64,000 nt of DNA from Camelus ferus (Eukaryota): positions 62,870,001 through 62,934,000 of the forward strand of contig NC_045696.1 of the NCBI RefSeq assembly GCF_009834535.1. The letters run 5' to 3'. The first letter of the stretch is position 1. The number at the start of each line of letters is the position of its first letter. The position numbers were made by a program, and so were the translations under genes. This document shows, one piece after another, positions 1 through 13,008 of the stretch. The notes beneath the pieces are model-generated. The model searched no databases. It was not told the DNA's origin and saw nothing but the letters and a program-made list of their open reading frames with translations.

Positions 1-180
1 CTCCAGAGCGTCTCTGCTTCTGCCCAGAGGGACCTGCGAGCTGTGTTCCCGCGCTGCCAGGGCTGCTGCGTGGTGGAGACGTGGCAGGGGGGTTGCTGCA
101 CCCAGTGAGGAACTGACTAGACGAAGTCCTGACTCACCTTGACTCTAGACGACTCAGTTCCGAGACGCTTCGCCTCAGCC

Positions 181-350
181 ATATTAGTCAGGGCTATCTC
201 AGTCGAACGTGACAGAAACCCAACTCATACTTGCTTAAACACAAAGGGGAACCTGGGGCTCAGGAAACTGGGAAAGACAGGGGTGGAGTGGACACGGGGC
301 ACGTCCGTCCGCTTGACAGCCGGGTGATGTCAGCTCTCTCTCCACCAATG
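181..350 (-). mobile_element. ERVL-MaLR LTR fragment (MLT1K/L-like)
   Basis: atattagtcagggc...gtgacagaaacccaactcatacttgcttaaacacaaagggga resembles the reverse-complemented MLT1K/L terminus (recalled consensus); boundaries approximate. Confidence 0.55.
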
Positions 351-539
351 TTCACTCTTCCCTATCAAGACTGAGTTGTCTTCCTTTTTTCCTACTACAA
401 ACAAAAACACTTGGCGTGGGGGTGGGGGAAGAGGAGAGGCGTGGAACAGAGAGCATTTAACAGAAAACACCGTATAAAGCTGTTAACTAGTAACGGAAGG
501 GGGTAAAAGGAGACCCCTGAGATGGGACAGAGGCAGCAA

Positions 540-1035
540 GTCCAGGGAGCGGCCTCCGTTCCTCTGGCTGAGGGAGCAGAGGGAACACTCAGACGCACCG
601 AGGGGCCCTGCAGAGCGGGAACTCAGACTTGGGAGGAGCGAGGGCCGAGCGTCTGGGACCAGACCTCCCAGCAGGGGCGCCAGCCGGCCGTGGACCGTGC
701 CTCTTAGGGGACAGGGTGGGATGAAACGGGTTCTGCGGGCTGGAAATCTGCACACTGGATTCAGCTGGGGCTCCACTTTGGCCTTGCCTGGGGCCGGGGA
801 AGAATAGTGGTGGGATGGTGCTCACAGAAACAGGAAGCCCACAGGAAGCAGACGGGGAACAAACAGGAAAGAGCGAGCCGGCTCGCCCGCCTCCAGCCGG
901 TAGGCGCCCTCTCGCGCCCCCTATCGGCAGAGCTAACACAGCGCCAGGCGGCGGAGCCAAACGTGAGTGCGAAATCCCAACCCCAGCCCAGCACAATCAC
1001 ACTGACTTGGTAACTGACCCCGATGTCTTACGGCA
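540..1035. promoter_or_regulatory. CpG-rich patch with clustered CTCF-like motifs
   Basis: Visibly CpG-dense compared with the rest of the window; near-consensus CTCF cores at 904-917 (-), 914-927 (-) and 941-954 (+). Confidence 0.5.
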
Positions 1036-3355
1036 GGCCTTGTGGGTGATGTGGCTTCCATAGCAGCAATCCATCTCCCCCAGGAGGCTGTGAACTCCTG
1101 GATGTCAGGGGCATGCCTCATCTGTCTGTGTGTCCTTCTCAGGGCCCCGTACCTTGCACAGGCCCGAATAAGTTTGTGTTATGCTGAAGTGTATGGCAGG
1201 AGCGAGGCCAAGTTGGTCCTGGGGCAACTTCGCAGCCTCCCTGCCCAGCCTTCAGAGTCCCTGTCGTCTTCCCTGGCGGAGTGATTCTAGGCTTTCCCTG
1301 GAGTCCTGATGGGGCAGGGAGGGGGCGATGAACACTGATTGTGAACAGCTTGGGGCAGACCCTGCCCAACCTGGTTGTTGTGCCCACATCCCATTTCTCA
1401 TCCTCACCCACTTTCTGATAAAGTCAACGCTAGGGTCCCAGCTCCACTCCTAATCAGGTATGTAGCTTTGGGCTTGGACCATTCCGAGCCCCAGTTTCCC
1501 CAGAATGCCCCCTTCAGTCCTTTAATCTCTACCCCGAAACAAGAAGAAATTCTCCATCCTCCCCATCCCAGGTGCCTCCCCATTCCTCCAGTTCTCCCCC
1601 AATCCTATCCTGCTTCTTAAAGCAGTGATAATTTAGCATCATAATTAGGCTTCAAAAGGCAGTCAGTATTAGCAAGATAGAGATCTGTTTGGCTCTGAGA
1701 AAAGTAAAGATGCAGAACAACTGGGACTTGCTGGGCAGGGCTCCTGGGGACAGCTGCAGGATGAAGCAGGGCCCCAAGGTGGGGAGCAGGGAGCAAAGGA
1801 GGAGAGAAGGCAAGGAGGGAGGGGGCTCTGCACCATACGATCCATAGGAAGCAGGAGAACACATGAGCACCATCTTCTGGCTCCCAGTGAATTCCAGATC
1901 CGCTGAGCATTTGAGCTGAAATTCTCAGAGGAAGACCTGAACCTCCCAGCTTCCAGCTGCTTCAGGGCAGGACAGCAGGGGGACAGACCCTGTTGGGGTG
2001 AAGGACTCACAAAGACTTATTGTGGCCATGTTGGAAATGGAATTAGGCCAGTGCTCAGTACAGAGAAAATGCTCCAATGATAAATGGTAGCTTTAGCATC
2101 ATTAAACCCTTATCACATTCTGGCTCATGTTAAAGATTTCTGTGTGCAAGTTTAGCTGCCTCACTAATCTCAAGTTCTTTCAAGGTAAAGGCTGTGTTTG
2201 ATTTTTTTCTGGTGGTGGTGTGCCCAGAGAATATGTGGGGTGTATCTGGAGATCACGGTCAAGGCTGGGTGAGTGTTAGGAGGGCCTGCCGCGGCAGCGT
2301 GGCCTAGGTCACGGCTGAGCAGTGGGTCTATGAGCTGAGGCAAGGGGGTGAGTGGTAGTAGACATGACATTTCCCAGTGAGAGGCCCTGGCAGGCAGGCA
2401 GAGGGCATCAAAGCACAGGGCCCTCTTCCTCAGCCAGAGAAGAGCTCACCGAAGAGCCCAGTGACCCAAAGGGAAGCTAATTGGATCCTGAGGACTGAAG
2501 GGGTTTTGGGACCCTCTTGGTATCCTCCCAGCCAAAGATCACTTGCTTCCTTAAAAATTTAATTTTCCTGTGTTGACTGCAGCCCTCAGATGAGAAATGG
2601 TTTGGGCTGTTTCTTTTCTTTTCATTTTTGTAATGAGCCACTCCTTCGAGAAGATTCCAGTGCCTGAAGAATTTGAAACACGGGGGCTGGGATGGGGAGG
2701 GATATTTTCCGGAGTGGGTCCTCAGCACAGTCAGCACCCATCTCCCTCCCTCTGCTTGGCTGCCCATCTATCCACCCTGATCAGTGTGGAAAGTTTGCCC
2801 ACCAGTCAGTCCCTGGGCAGCCTTTCCTTGGAACTGGGGGCTGTGGGCTGAAGGTGGAGAGGTGTTTGAATCCAGGCTTCTGACACTTTTTCTTGTGGCC
2901 GAGATACATTTTCTTGCACACTTTGTAATTTTGGGGGTGAGGAATTGTCTTCTGTAGGGGTCCTACATATGCTTCAATTGTGGGACTATTCCTATGGTGT
3001 GATATTGGGATTAACTCAGCTGTGTCTAAGGGATAAACAGTTTCTGGATCAGGACATTCACATCATGCTGATTGTATGAGAATACCTGTCTACATCTTTG
3101 TATCACACACACTAGAGGTTTAGATATCTCATAGGTGACTATTTTCAGCACAGGCCAAGTTAAGCGGCCCACTTTTGTGCCTAATATTTGGGTCAGTAAG
3201 CAGAGTTTTTCTAATCTCGGCTCCCAAATAGAGAAGCCCTATCCTGACTCCTGGCTTTATTTAAGGAGCTTTGTTCCAGTATCTCTCCTATTTGCAAGAC
3301 TGCATCTTTGATATCCCTCCATAGGTGAGAATTTAAACTATAGTCTCTGTAAAGA

Positions 3356-3617
3356 CTGTATGATTCCATTCATATGGAATCCTGGAAAAGGCATAACTAT
3401 TGAGTCAGGAATAGATCAGTGGTTGCCAGAAACAGGAGGTGGTGGAAGGGGTTGACTATAAAGGGCAGATGGGAGTTTAAGGGGTGATGGAACTGTCCTG
3501 TGCCTTAATTGGTGTAGTAGTTACATGACTGAATGCATTTGTCAAAACTCATAGTACTCTATTTAAAAGGATGAATTTTACTGAATGTAAATTATACACT
3601 AATTTAATTTTAAAAAG
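3356..3617 (+). mobile_element. Old L1M 3' UTR end fragment
   Basis: ctgtatgattccattcatatgg...gatcagtggttgccag...gcatttgtcaaaactcatag...gtaaattatac followed by an A-rich end, typical of L1M 3' termini. Confidence 0.8.
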
Positions 3618-4704
3618 ACAGATTGCATATTCAATTCAATATAAGTTTTGATACACACACAAAACAACTCAGCCTCTAAAGCATATGCAGGGTGGGTTCA
3701 ACTCCTGATCATCACTGTGAATCTCCTCTTCAAGCACCTACAGATTTATTTAGCTTCTGATCTTGGTTTTAGTTTCAGAAATCTCATTTTTGGTATTTTA
3801 CCTAGCATTTCTCTGTGTTTGGTACAGGAAGGGGTCTTGCCTCGTCAGCTCAGATCACTACCTTGACTGGACGTCAAATGCCCCATCATGTCCCCTTCAG
3901 GCCATTGCACTGCTGGACATAAAGTTCCCTGATGGGCCTCAGTACCTGGAAAAGATCATGCATTTTCCAAATAAGCAGTATGCACCATTCTGGGTGGCTG
4001 GGATTGCCCTGTTCTCTCAGTCTATGTGCTGGGTCTTTATCTTTCCCCCTGTTCCCCTGGGGTTCTGCCTCTGATGTCCTTGGAGTGCACTCTGCCCAGT
4101 GGGTGGGGTCCTTCCTGCAGCTGGTGAGGACCGGGTCACCCTGAAGCATTGCTGCTGTCCTGGGTGCAGCCTTCAGCTGTGCTCAGTGCCTAAACCAGCC
4201 CCTAGAGCTTGACTCAGCAGCCACAAGTTATCAGCACTGGCATCTCCTTCAAGTACATGCTAGGTGCCCAACAATTAGGGCAAGTAATGGCATTGCATTT
4301 GGCAAAATTAGAAGCTGTGTCACTGAAAATAGCTCAACTCCAGGAGGTAGCATGACTTCTGTCTTAATTATCCACATTGACTTGTGAGATAAGCTAAAGC
4401 TACCAAGATCCAAAATGGATTAAATTAGGAGTGAAGTGGTTAGGAAGCTACAAATCCTTCTCTAACCCACTGAAGATGAGCTTTCCAATCCTTGTATAAA
4501 GAGAAATGGAATCATTTTTCAAAAAATCTTTAGAAAGTATATAACTAGTATATTATTTTCTCAACATTTTAAAGCATGTTTAAAAATTTAGAGCAATACC
4601 ATGTTATGGTTTTTATAAAAAACAGACAGATATATAAAAGAAGGGGAAGAGCAGGCTGGGATGGGAGGAGAATGTCAGAGTGGTTTCACCCCGTATGGCC
4701 TTCT

Positions 4705-4825
4705 GGTTTTACTGCCAGGAAACTGAGGCTCAGCAAGGGAGAGTGATTTATCCAAGGACACACAGCCGACCAGCAGACTAGTACAGGAGGTCAGTAGAGC
4801 CCAGGTCTCCTGAGTCCTAGTCCCA
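4705..4825 (-). mobile_element. MIR SINE
   Basis: ggaaactgaggctcag...gtgatttatccaaggacacacagc...cccaggtctcctgagtcc matches the reverse complement of the MIR core. Confidence 0.75.
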
Positions 4826-5964
4826 CTGGGCCTCCCTGCCTCAAGGTGCTGGATCAGCTGTACAAATGGGTATTGCTGAGGGAACCTGGAGACGGTGGTC
4901 CTGGAAGCTTTCCTGGTCCTGAGCCTAGAGGAAGGGGTGGGGCACCTGGATAAGAAGTGAGGATGAAGGCACGGCAGGCACCAGCCAGCATCTGACCGGC
5001 AGATGCAGAGGCTCCTTCTCTCAGCTGCTGCTTGAGCACAGGCAGGAGAAAGGGATGTGAACTGCCCCAGGCCCTGAATGTCTGAAGCACTGAGGCTCTT
5101 AGGAAATGACAGGGGAACCGGGGTCACTGCACTCACTAATGAGGCTGCTTTTATAAAGACCTGGGGCTGACTGAAGGAAGGGGACATCGTCACTCTCCCT
5201 GAAAGTGGCCCTGAGTGATTTGCACAGCCTGACGTCTCCTTCCATCTTAGCATCTAGAGCAGGCTCTGCCCATCATATGTGTACGGGTTCATCTCTACTA
5301 GTCCAGGAGCCCTTGCAGGTTGGAGGGGGATGTGGGTGTAGCAGGGGGAGCAATCTGCTCCAGCTGTGAGGGTATCATACCACTGCCGCTGTTCAGGATG
5401 GCCAGTGCATGGTGAGAGGCAAAGGCAGACTGACTTACAGTTGGTTCTAGGACTGTTTGACATTCTCTATGGACAATGCACCCCGCCCCCTTCCTTCTGT
5501 ATCCACAGAGGACTGCTCTCACTGTCCCCACGCCCTGCTCACCACCATTCAGGACCCCCTTAGCAGATCTCTGTGTGGTTATCAGGGCTGGGTCACATGG
5601 CCACCCCGGATGAAAGGGCACCCGGGAGAGCAAGTATTTACCAGTTCCAGCCTCTCCAGGGGAAGAGGCAAGGGAGGGGACTTGCAGGCTGCCTGACCCT
5701 TCAAACCCTGTTCCCTTAAAGGGGGAGGATTAGCCCTAGCAGCTGGCCGGCAGGGCCCAGCTATTGCAAAGCATCTTGGGAGTCTCCTCATCTGCCAGTG
5801 GAGACCGCCTGGCCTACCAGAGCCAGTGGGATTGGACAACTGTTGCTGAGACCCTCACCCCACGGACAGAGCCTGGGGCATAGGCGCTGAAGAGGTGGGA
5901 CCCCCAGAGATGAGGTGTGAGGGCATGTGTTCTGGGTGGCTTGTGACCGAGGGCTCTGAATTTT

Positions 5965-6300
5965 TCTAGAGATGGATCCATCCAACGGATGGTAATCCAA
6001 ATTTAGATTTTTGAATGTTTGAAAGAAGTCAGCAGTAACCTAAACAATCTCATCCAGAATATCAGTAACAACTAAAGAATTCCAACAGGAAAGCTGATCT
6101 TTTGTTGCTGCTGTTGAAATGTACTTTTCTGTGTCCTTATCGTCAGTTACCAAAATCTAAGATTCCCGTGAGTGATGCTAAATATTCCCATTGAGCATTC
6201 CAGTAAGTAAATTAGATACATTTGGTGAAAGGTTTTCTTGGCAAATTGAGTTCTGTAAATTGGCTCTCAGTGAATTGGTTTCTCAGCCTTCTGTGAACCG
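5965..6300. repeat. Possible ancient unclassified mammalian repeat (MamRep605-like)
   Basis: Degenerate repeated (g/a)aattgg/aattga units at 6240-6280 (ggcaaattgag, gtaaattggc, gtgaattggt); family name from recall only. Confidence 0.3.
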
Positions 6301-6963
6301 CTCGCTTGACCTAACCTCACCTTCTGGCTGGAGACGGGAAGGCTGGAGTTACTGAGTCAGAGTTCTGGGGATGAGAGCAGACACCGTGTTTAGGGACCGA
6401 AGGTGTGACGCAGGCCCTGAATGGTCCTCGCACTGTTGCAGCTGCCACCGTGAATGTGTGTGGTGTTGGCTTGACTAAAGTGAACTTGCCGTTTAACTTC
6501 CAGAGGATTTCATTGGACAAAGTCATAGCAGAAGACATTTTGGTGATGCTTGTTGAAGCATTAGGAGCTTTGGAGGGTTCAGAAGCCTAAGGGTCTTTTC
6601 CTTCTCAGGAAGACAAGGGCTGATGCTTAAGGACCCCAGCTGATGCTTTGAAGATCATTTGCAAAGATGTTGAGGACCTGAGTCTGGGCAAGGAGACCAC
6701 ATGCCAGAAAGGGCCAGAGTAAGCAGGCAGTGAGTGAGACAGCCTCACCCATTTACTGCGGCTGGTCTCGGAAGGAAAGGTGTGGAGCCGTGCCATCTGC
6801 TGACCTGCTAAGAGGGACCCTGAGAACACCTGTGGGTGGGGTGGGACAAATTGGGGTCCTGGAGCAGGCAAAATCCGACTTTACGGAGCATATCCAAAGG
6901 ACACTGTCATACCCAGTCCTTGTTAGAATCTTGACACTGGATGCAAAAAATTTGTGTCCTGTT

Positions 6964-7015
6964 TGTTTATTTTGCAAATGATCAAAAAATGTTTATTTTG
7001 CAAATGATCACAAAG
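6964..7015. repeat. 26-bp-period tandem duplication (2 copies)
   Basis: tgtttattttgcaaatgatca occurs exactly at 6964-6984 and 6990-7010. Confidence 0.9.
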
Positions 7016-7874
7016 TGTTAGGTGTGTGCATGGGAGTGGGTAGTGGAGGTGCGATTATCGGGTAAAAGAAGATGCTTTGCCAGGTCTAGAGCATTGCTAA
7101 ACTGGTCCATTTATAAAAACAAAATACATATTTGTTGATTGATTTGCTTGTTAATTACAGTTTTTGCCTGCCAATTTGCACAACTACTTGAGGACGGAAT
7201 AAGACATGCTTAGTCATTGTTGACATTTTTCTAAGTGTTGTGTTGGCAGAGGTTAGGAGTTTTAAAAATATTTTTTTCTGGGTAAAAAGGCTTCTTCAAG
7301 CTGGGGATGAGGAGTTGTTTCAGTGTAAAGAATCTAACATCTTTGGCCAACACAGGCTTAAGGTGTGTAGTAATGGGCTAAGAAAGGATTTTATTAGATT
7401 GCTGTGGCTTAGGAATTGAAGCAGATTCAGGGCCCTTGAGACAAGAGATTCATGGTGCTGTCTGGATGTCTGGGCACCTTGGGTCCTGGCCAGGCCTGAG
7501 ATCCTGACCCATTAATCTGTGGCCTTCACTCTTAACATTTACCCCAATTCCCGTAGCTATCTCTTTTTATAGCACCCCTCAGTTCCAGCACTAACCAGGA
7601 AGCACTCTACATACCCGAGTTCTTTCGAAAGGAGAGAAATCCCCCCCCCAAACATCTCCAGCAACACATATATGGGAAATGGTCAGATTTTCTTTAAAAA
7701 ATTTCTCATTGGGCAGGAAAATTCCAGTTCTGTGGAAAGATACACCACACTGGAAAAACGGTGTTCTTAAACACGCAAATTGCTCAGAGTGGTAATTGAA
7801 GTGTCCCCATTGCCCACACAGTGGAATTTATTGAGTTCTCAAACTAGAGAGGAAGTGTATGGACTATTAGTGGA

Positions 7875-8414
7875 TGTATTATTTATCCATTGCTGCATAA
7901 CAAATCACTCAAACCTTAGAAGTCAGAACAGCAATAATCATTTACTATCTCTCATGGTTTCTCTAGGTCAGGAAGTCAGGAGCAGGTTGGCGGAGCAGTT
8001 CTGGCTCAGGGTCTCTCCCAAGGTTGCAGTCAGATATCAGCCAGGGCCACAGTCATCTGAAGGTCTGTCGGATGCTGGAGGATCCACTTGCGAGGTGACT
8101 CCCTCTCGTGACTGGAAAGTGGGTGCCAGCTGTTTGTGGGAGCCCCCGTTCCTCTCCATGTGGGTCCCTCCATAGGGCTGCTTGAGTGTCCTCCTGACAT
8201 GGTGGCTGGCTTCCCAAGGGTGAGTGATCCAAAAGGCCAAGGAGGAAGCTGCCATGCCTTTTATGTCCCAGTCTTTGATGTGACACATTGTCACATTCTG
8301 CCGTTTTCTATTCCCCACCTAGACCAGCTGATTCAATTCAGAAGAGACTACACAAGGGCTTGACTATCAGGAGGTTAGGATCATTAGGGACTATTTTGAA
8401 GGCTGGCTACCAGA
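7875..8414 (-). mobile_element. ERVL-MaLR solo LTR (MLT1F/G/H-like)
   Basis: Starts tgtattatttatccattgctgcataacaaatcac; contains cagtcatctgaagg and gggctgcttgagtgtcctc; ends ggctggctaccaga. Confidence 0.85.
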
Positions 8415-8854
8415 GTCAGTATAAAAAGCAGACTCCTACTGAGAGTCATGGAAATGAGTTTTGTCTCTAATGTACCCAGGTGATACCAGAATTTAGTTAA
8501 CTGGGCCATGGAGCTGGTTATTTCCTGGTACTATGAAGGTCATGTTTAAAATTTATAAATCAGGACTTTGTACCACCTTAACTAGACTTTCTTTTGTTTC
8601 TCTGTGTTTGTTCTGTAAAACAGTAAATCTCTTCTCAACCTGGTTTTGTCTATGTTGGATGCTCTGTTGTCTGCAGTGGTTGCTTTGACAACTAGAGTAT
8701 TTTGCTAGGGATCAGTCAAGGCACAACATCTGTTTAAGCTTCTCATTCTTTATCCAGTCCCAGGTTTTTGACATCTTATTGAAGTCTAGACGTTCTATTG
8801 CACATGAGTCAATTATAAAAGAGGCACTTTTCAGGACGAGGAACATCATCTTCA

Positions 8855-9370
8855 GCTAATCAAGCTTCTTAGTTGCAACAGTGGAAAGCCGTTATGCTAA
8901 TTTCAACCAAAGGGAACTTATGAGCTTAGAAAATAGGCCAGAACATAGAAGGTTAGCAGGGCTCAGTTTCACAGCCAAACTGCAGCCCAGAACCAGGCTG
9001 GGGAAGATGCTGTTGTCACATCTACTGGGAAACACAAAGCTTCAGCGGGCATTCCTCCCACCCCACCACCATCACCACCCCGGGATGCTGAGCATTAGTT
9101 CCTGTTGGTTCTGCTGCTCTTGCTGCCCCTTTCCGCAGCACTGGCTATCACAATCACAGATTCTGCCATCATTGGAATGCTTTTTCTATAGGTCCTATTG
9201 TTTTTCATCATCAGATCCTGGCTTATGTCTGAGGCAGTTGAATCTGATTGGTGGAGTCCAAACCATGTAGTCCTGCCCTTGTGGTCAGGGAGGCTGGAAA
9301 AACACAAACCTGGTCTCCCTGACTCCACAGTGGGAGGAGGGCTCTCCTTCCTACCAAAGGGGTCCAGAGG
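8855..9370 (-). mobile_element. ERVL-MaLR LTR (MLT1M/N-like), diverged
   Basis: ttcttagttgcaaca at the start; tctgattggtggag...agggaggctgg...agtgggaggagggctct near the end. Confidence 0.55.
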
Positions 9371-9594
9371 CTGGGCTGTCAAAACAGCAGCAATCACCAG
9401 ACAAATATCCTCTACAATTAGTCCCTGCCTGGAGAATGACATTTTTAAAGAAAAATACCTGGAAAGCATGTGAAAAGTTGACCTGGGGTGACTGATTTGT
9501 TAAAAGATCAAAGGAGTGTCTATAAAAAATGTCTAGTGGAAAATAACAACACCAAAGCAGGAGGAAATACAACTCAAGAATAAAGAGATGATCC

Positions 9595-10445
9595 AAAACA
9601 AAAGTTGGCAAGGGACTTCAATAGACATTTCTCCTAAGAAGATATACAAATGGCCAATAAGCACCTGAAAAGATGGTTAATGTCATTATCCATCAGGGAA
9701 ATGAAAATCCAAACCACAGTGAGATACCAGTTTGCTATAATCAAAAAGAAACCAGGATGGCTATAATAAAAAAACAAAATAACAAATGTTAGTGGGGATG
9801 TGGAGAAATTGGAAACATAATACACTTACTGGTGGGAACATAAAATTGTGCAGTCATTTTCTAAAACAATCTGACATTTCCTCAAATGGTTAAACAGACT
9901 TACGAAATAATCCAGCAATTTGATTTCGGTATATACCCAAAAGAAATGAAAACGTATGTTAACACGAATATGAAAGCTTATAGCATCATCATTCATAGTA
10001 GCCAAAAGATAGAAACAACTCAAATGTCGAATGGATAAGCAAAATAAGATACATCTGTACAATGAAATGATATTCAGCCATGACAAGAATGAAGCGCTGA
10101 TTCATGCTGTACCATGGGTGTGCCTTAGAAACATTACGCTAAATGAAAGGAACCAGTCACAAAAGACCACACATTATACGCTTCCAGCCCAGAATAGGCA
10201 AATAGATAGTAGATTTGTGGTTGCTTAGGGCTGAAAGTAGGGGTTGGGGGATTGCAGAGTAATAGCGTAAATGTACAAAGTTTTGTTTTGTTTTTCTTTT
10301 TTGACATAATGAAAATGTTCTAAAATTGAGTGTGGTGCTTGTTACACATTTCTGTGAATATACTAAAAACTATCAAGTTGTACAGGTTTAATGAGTAAAT
10401 TGTATGATATGTGAATTATATCTCAGTAAAACTGCTATTAAAGAA
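9595..10445 (+). mobile_element. L1M (L1MB-like) ORF2 C-terminus plus 3' UTR
   Basis: aatagacatttctcctaagaagatatacaaatggccaataagcac, atccaaaccacagtgagatacca and atatgtgaattatatctcagtaaaactg are canonical L1 3' features; reading frame disrupted. Confidence 0.92.
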
Positions 10446-10794
10446 ACATTTGCTCATTATAGAAAAGTAAAAAGGAAGAAGAAATTGGAACTCAGTGTTA
10501 ACATTCTGGGGTATTTCTTTTCACTCCTTTTCTAGGCAAAGTTTTTTAAAATTTTATTTTACATATTTTTGAGGATAATACATATTTAATTTTATCTTGA
10601 TTTTTTTTTGTTTAATGTAAATATTTTCCATTATTTTATTACTCTTGATAAACATCATTTTTAATGATTTCACCAAGTGGAAGTTTTGTAGGCTTAAACC
10701 TTCCCCTACTGTTGGACATTTAAATTATCTCCATTTTTTTCATGATCATAAAATAAACATGGTTTGATGAACCTTTGTTCATGAAGTTTATTCA

Positions 10795-10994
10795 AGATTT
10801 TATTTTATTTATTATTATTTTTAAATTGAAGTATAGTTGGTGTACAATATTATATGTTACAGGTGTACAATATAGTGATTCACAATTTTTAAAGGTTATA
10901 CTCCATTTATAGTTGTTATAAAATATTGACTATATCCCCCGTGTTGTACAATATATCCTTGTAGCTTATTTTACACCTGTTAGTTTGTACCTCT
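10795..10994 (-). mobile_element. Younger artiodactyl-type L1 3' end, lying among older minus-strand L1 remnants
   Basis: T-rich tail, then aattgaagtatagttggtgtacaatatt...ttacaggtgtacaatatagtgattcacaatttttaaaggttatactccatttatag. Confidence 0.8.
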
Positions 10995-11329
10995 GAAGTT
11001 TTTAAATTGGTCATTAGGAATAGATTCACATGGTGGGATTATTTGGTTAAAGAGTTTGAATACTTTCAAGATTTGTGACACTTAGCACTAACTTGCTACA
11101 CAAGGGAGATATACCAATTTACCTCTAAAAAGATATTTTAAGAGAAACAAAATCCCATGCTCCCCTCCCCTAAGCCCTAAACTGGATGCTCTTCCCCTTC
11201 GAGCCCCTCCTTTTTTCTTGGAAATGGATTTGCACTATAACATATGCAGGCCATATTAGGGTTTTTTTTCCATCTGGGCTCCTGAGTTGATTGCTATCTG
11301 GTAATATTGAAAACAACATACTGGATTTT

Positions 11330-12010
11330 TTTTAAAGTGTAAATGCATAAATAACACAGGAGAAGAGGCAACAACAACTAAATTTGGAAGCTGAGAAGCA
11401 GCAAGACGGTGGTAACTGACTTAGCAGACACATTAAAGCTGAATACTAAGTCAGTAGTGGGGAAAGTTGAGAAAGAACCCAACTGGGGGATTCTGCGTGG
11501 TGCTCAGCAACATTGCACTGGCTCTGTGAGTGAGAGCAACGTAGCATTCAAAAGAGGAAGACCTGCTGCAAGACGATTTAAAATCTCTATCAAGCAGATA
11601 GAGCCCAGGACCACCTCCCTCCACTCCATGCAGACACAGTCTGGGCCCTTTCTGAAGACTGCTGCTCTATTTCGGGAAAGGGTAACGCAAAGGGTGCTGG
11701 ACTGGGGAACCCCAGGCCCAGCCGACAGCAAGGGTGCTGAGTTGAAAACAGGAGGAGTATGTGAAAGTTTAGATGATGACTGTGGAGACATTTAGCTCCC
11801 AGAACACGGCTAGCCGGATGAATACACTCTAGACGGGAGGTTGTTGAATCTTCTCCAGGGCAATCCCTAAAGATAAGAGTATCAGGAATTTTCCATGAAA
11901 TGGCCTAACACATTACCTTACAGTGAGGCCAGCAAGCCACACATGCACTCAGCACTTTGTGTCAGCATCTTCCTGCTTCACCCTTAAATATGATCAACAG
12001 TCAAGGATTA
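11330..12010 (+). mobile_element. HAL1-like LINE 5' region
   Basis: Aligns by eye with the reverse complement of 54300-54430 (ctgacttagcagac is exact at 11416-11429 versus 54373-54386); resembles the recalled HAL1 5' consensus. Confidence 0.65.
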
Positions 12011-12049
12011 ATATTCCCATTGAGAAGCATGGTATGTCTCACTGTGTAT

Positions 12050-12660
12050 CCAAGTCATTTATGGCCCTTTATAAGGTTTTATATTTTATTGATAGCTTGC
12101 ACTTTAATTATTAAGTTAATTTCTACATACTTCTCTTATGTTTGTCATATGTGAAAGGAACTTTCCTCCATGTATTTCCTAACTGATTGTTGGCAAGCTA
12201 TGTATGAAAGTTATTACTTTTTGTGTTTCCTTTGCATTCCACTACTTTATTGAACTTTCTTACTAATGCTAAAATTTTTCAGATGAATCTTGGATTTTGT
12301 GGGTGGATAATTAAACCATCTGCAAATTATGATAATTGTTTCCTCTTCCTTTTCTATAGCTATACTTCTTATTTCTGGTTTCATACACCTTGGCCCGCAA
12401 TTTTAAAAGAGTGTGAATTAATAGTCATGATAGTAAACATTCTTGTCTGTCCTTGATTTAATAAGATGGCTTGTAAGACTCTTGCCATTAGGTATTATGC
12501 TTGAAGTTGGTTTAAGAAAGGTATTCTTAATCATATAAAAGAAATACTCTTTTTTTCCCTTTTTCAGGACTTAATGTGAGTTTTATCAAATGTCTTAACA
12601 GTATTTATTGATATATGCATATAGTTTTTCACTTGAATTATTGATATGCTTTGCTGAATA
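12050..12660 (-). mobile_element. Old L1 ORF2 fragment
   Basis: T-rich strand with ccatctgcaaattatgataattg, aaacattcttgtctgtccttgatttaata and gagttttatcaaatg, typical of antisense L1 ORF2. Confidence 0.7.
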
Positions 12661-12855
12661 AATCAGTGCCATTCCTTTAGTAACCGCCTTCTGAACTGAT
12701 CAGTTAGACACAATGGCAGGATCGTGAGAGGTCACAGGCCTCCTGGGTGTCCATCCTCAGCAGGCAGCACCCCTGCAGGCCCTCCTTCCCTGGCTACTTC
12801 TGTCTCCTCCAGTTGCTCCCAAAGACCCCCTCAACATGGGACAGTCATTTTAATC

Positions 12856-13008
12856 TCTGGCTATTCAAAGCGTGGCTCATGGACCAGTAGCTTCGAAACT
12901 CAAAATCTCAGACCCCACTGTAGACCTACTGAATCAGAAGCTGACGTTAATTTAACAAAACCTCCCAGGAGATGTGTGTGATCATGAAAATCTTAGGAAC
13001 ACACTGCA
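12856..13008. mobile_element. MER5-type hAT-Charlie non-autonomous element
   Basis: ttcaaagcgtggctcatggaccag...aatctcagacccc...agacctactgaatcagaa...tttaacaa...cccaggagat. Confidence 0.75.

Noticed and set aside
668..682. CTCF site at ccagcaggggcgcc
   Set aside because: It is one G short, which breaks the register of the core motif
11409..11795. 128-aa ORF as a novel protein
   Set aside because: It lies in the 5' region of a decayed HAL1-like repeat and has no recognisable motif
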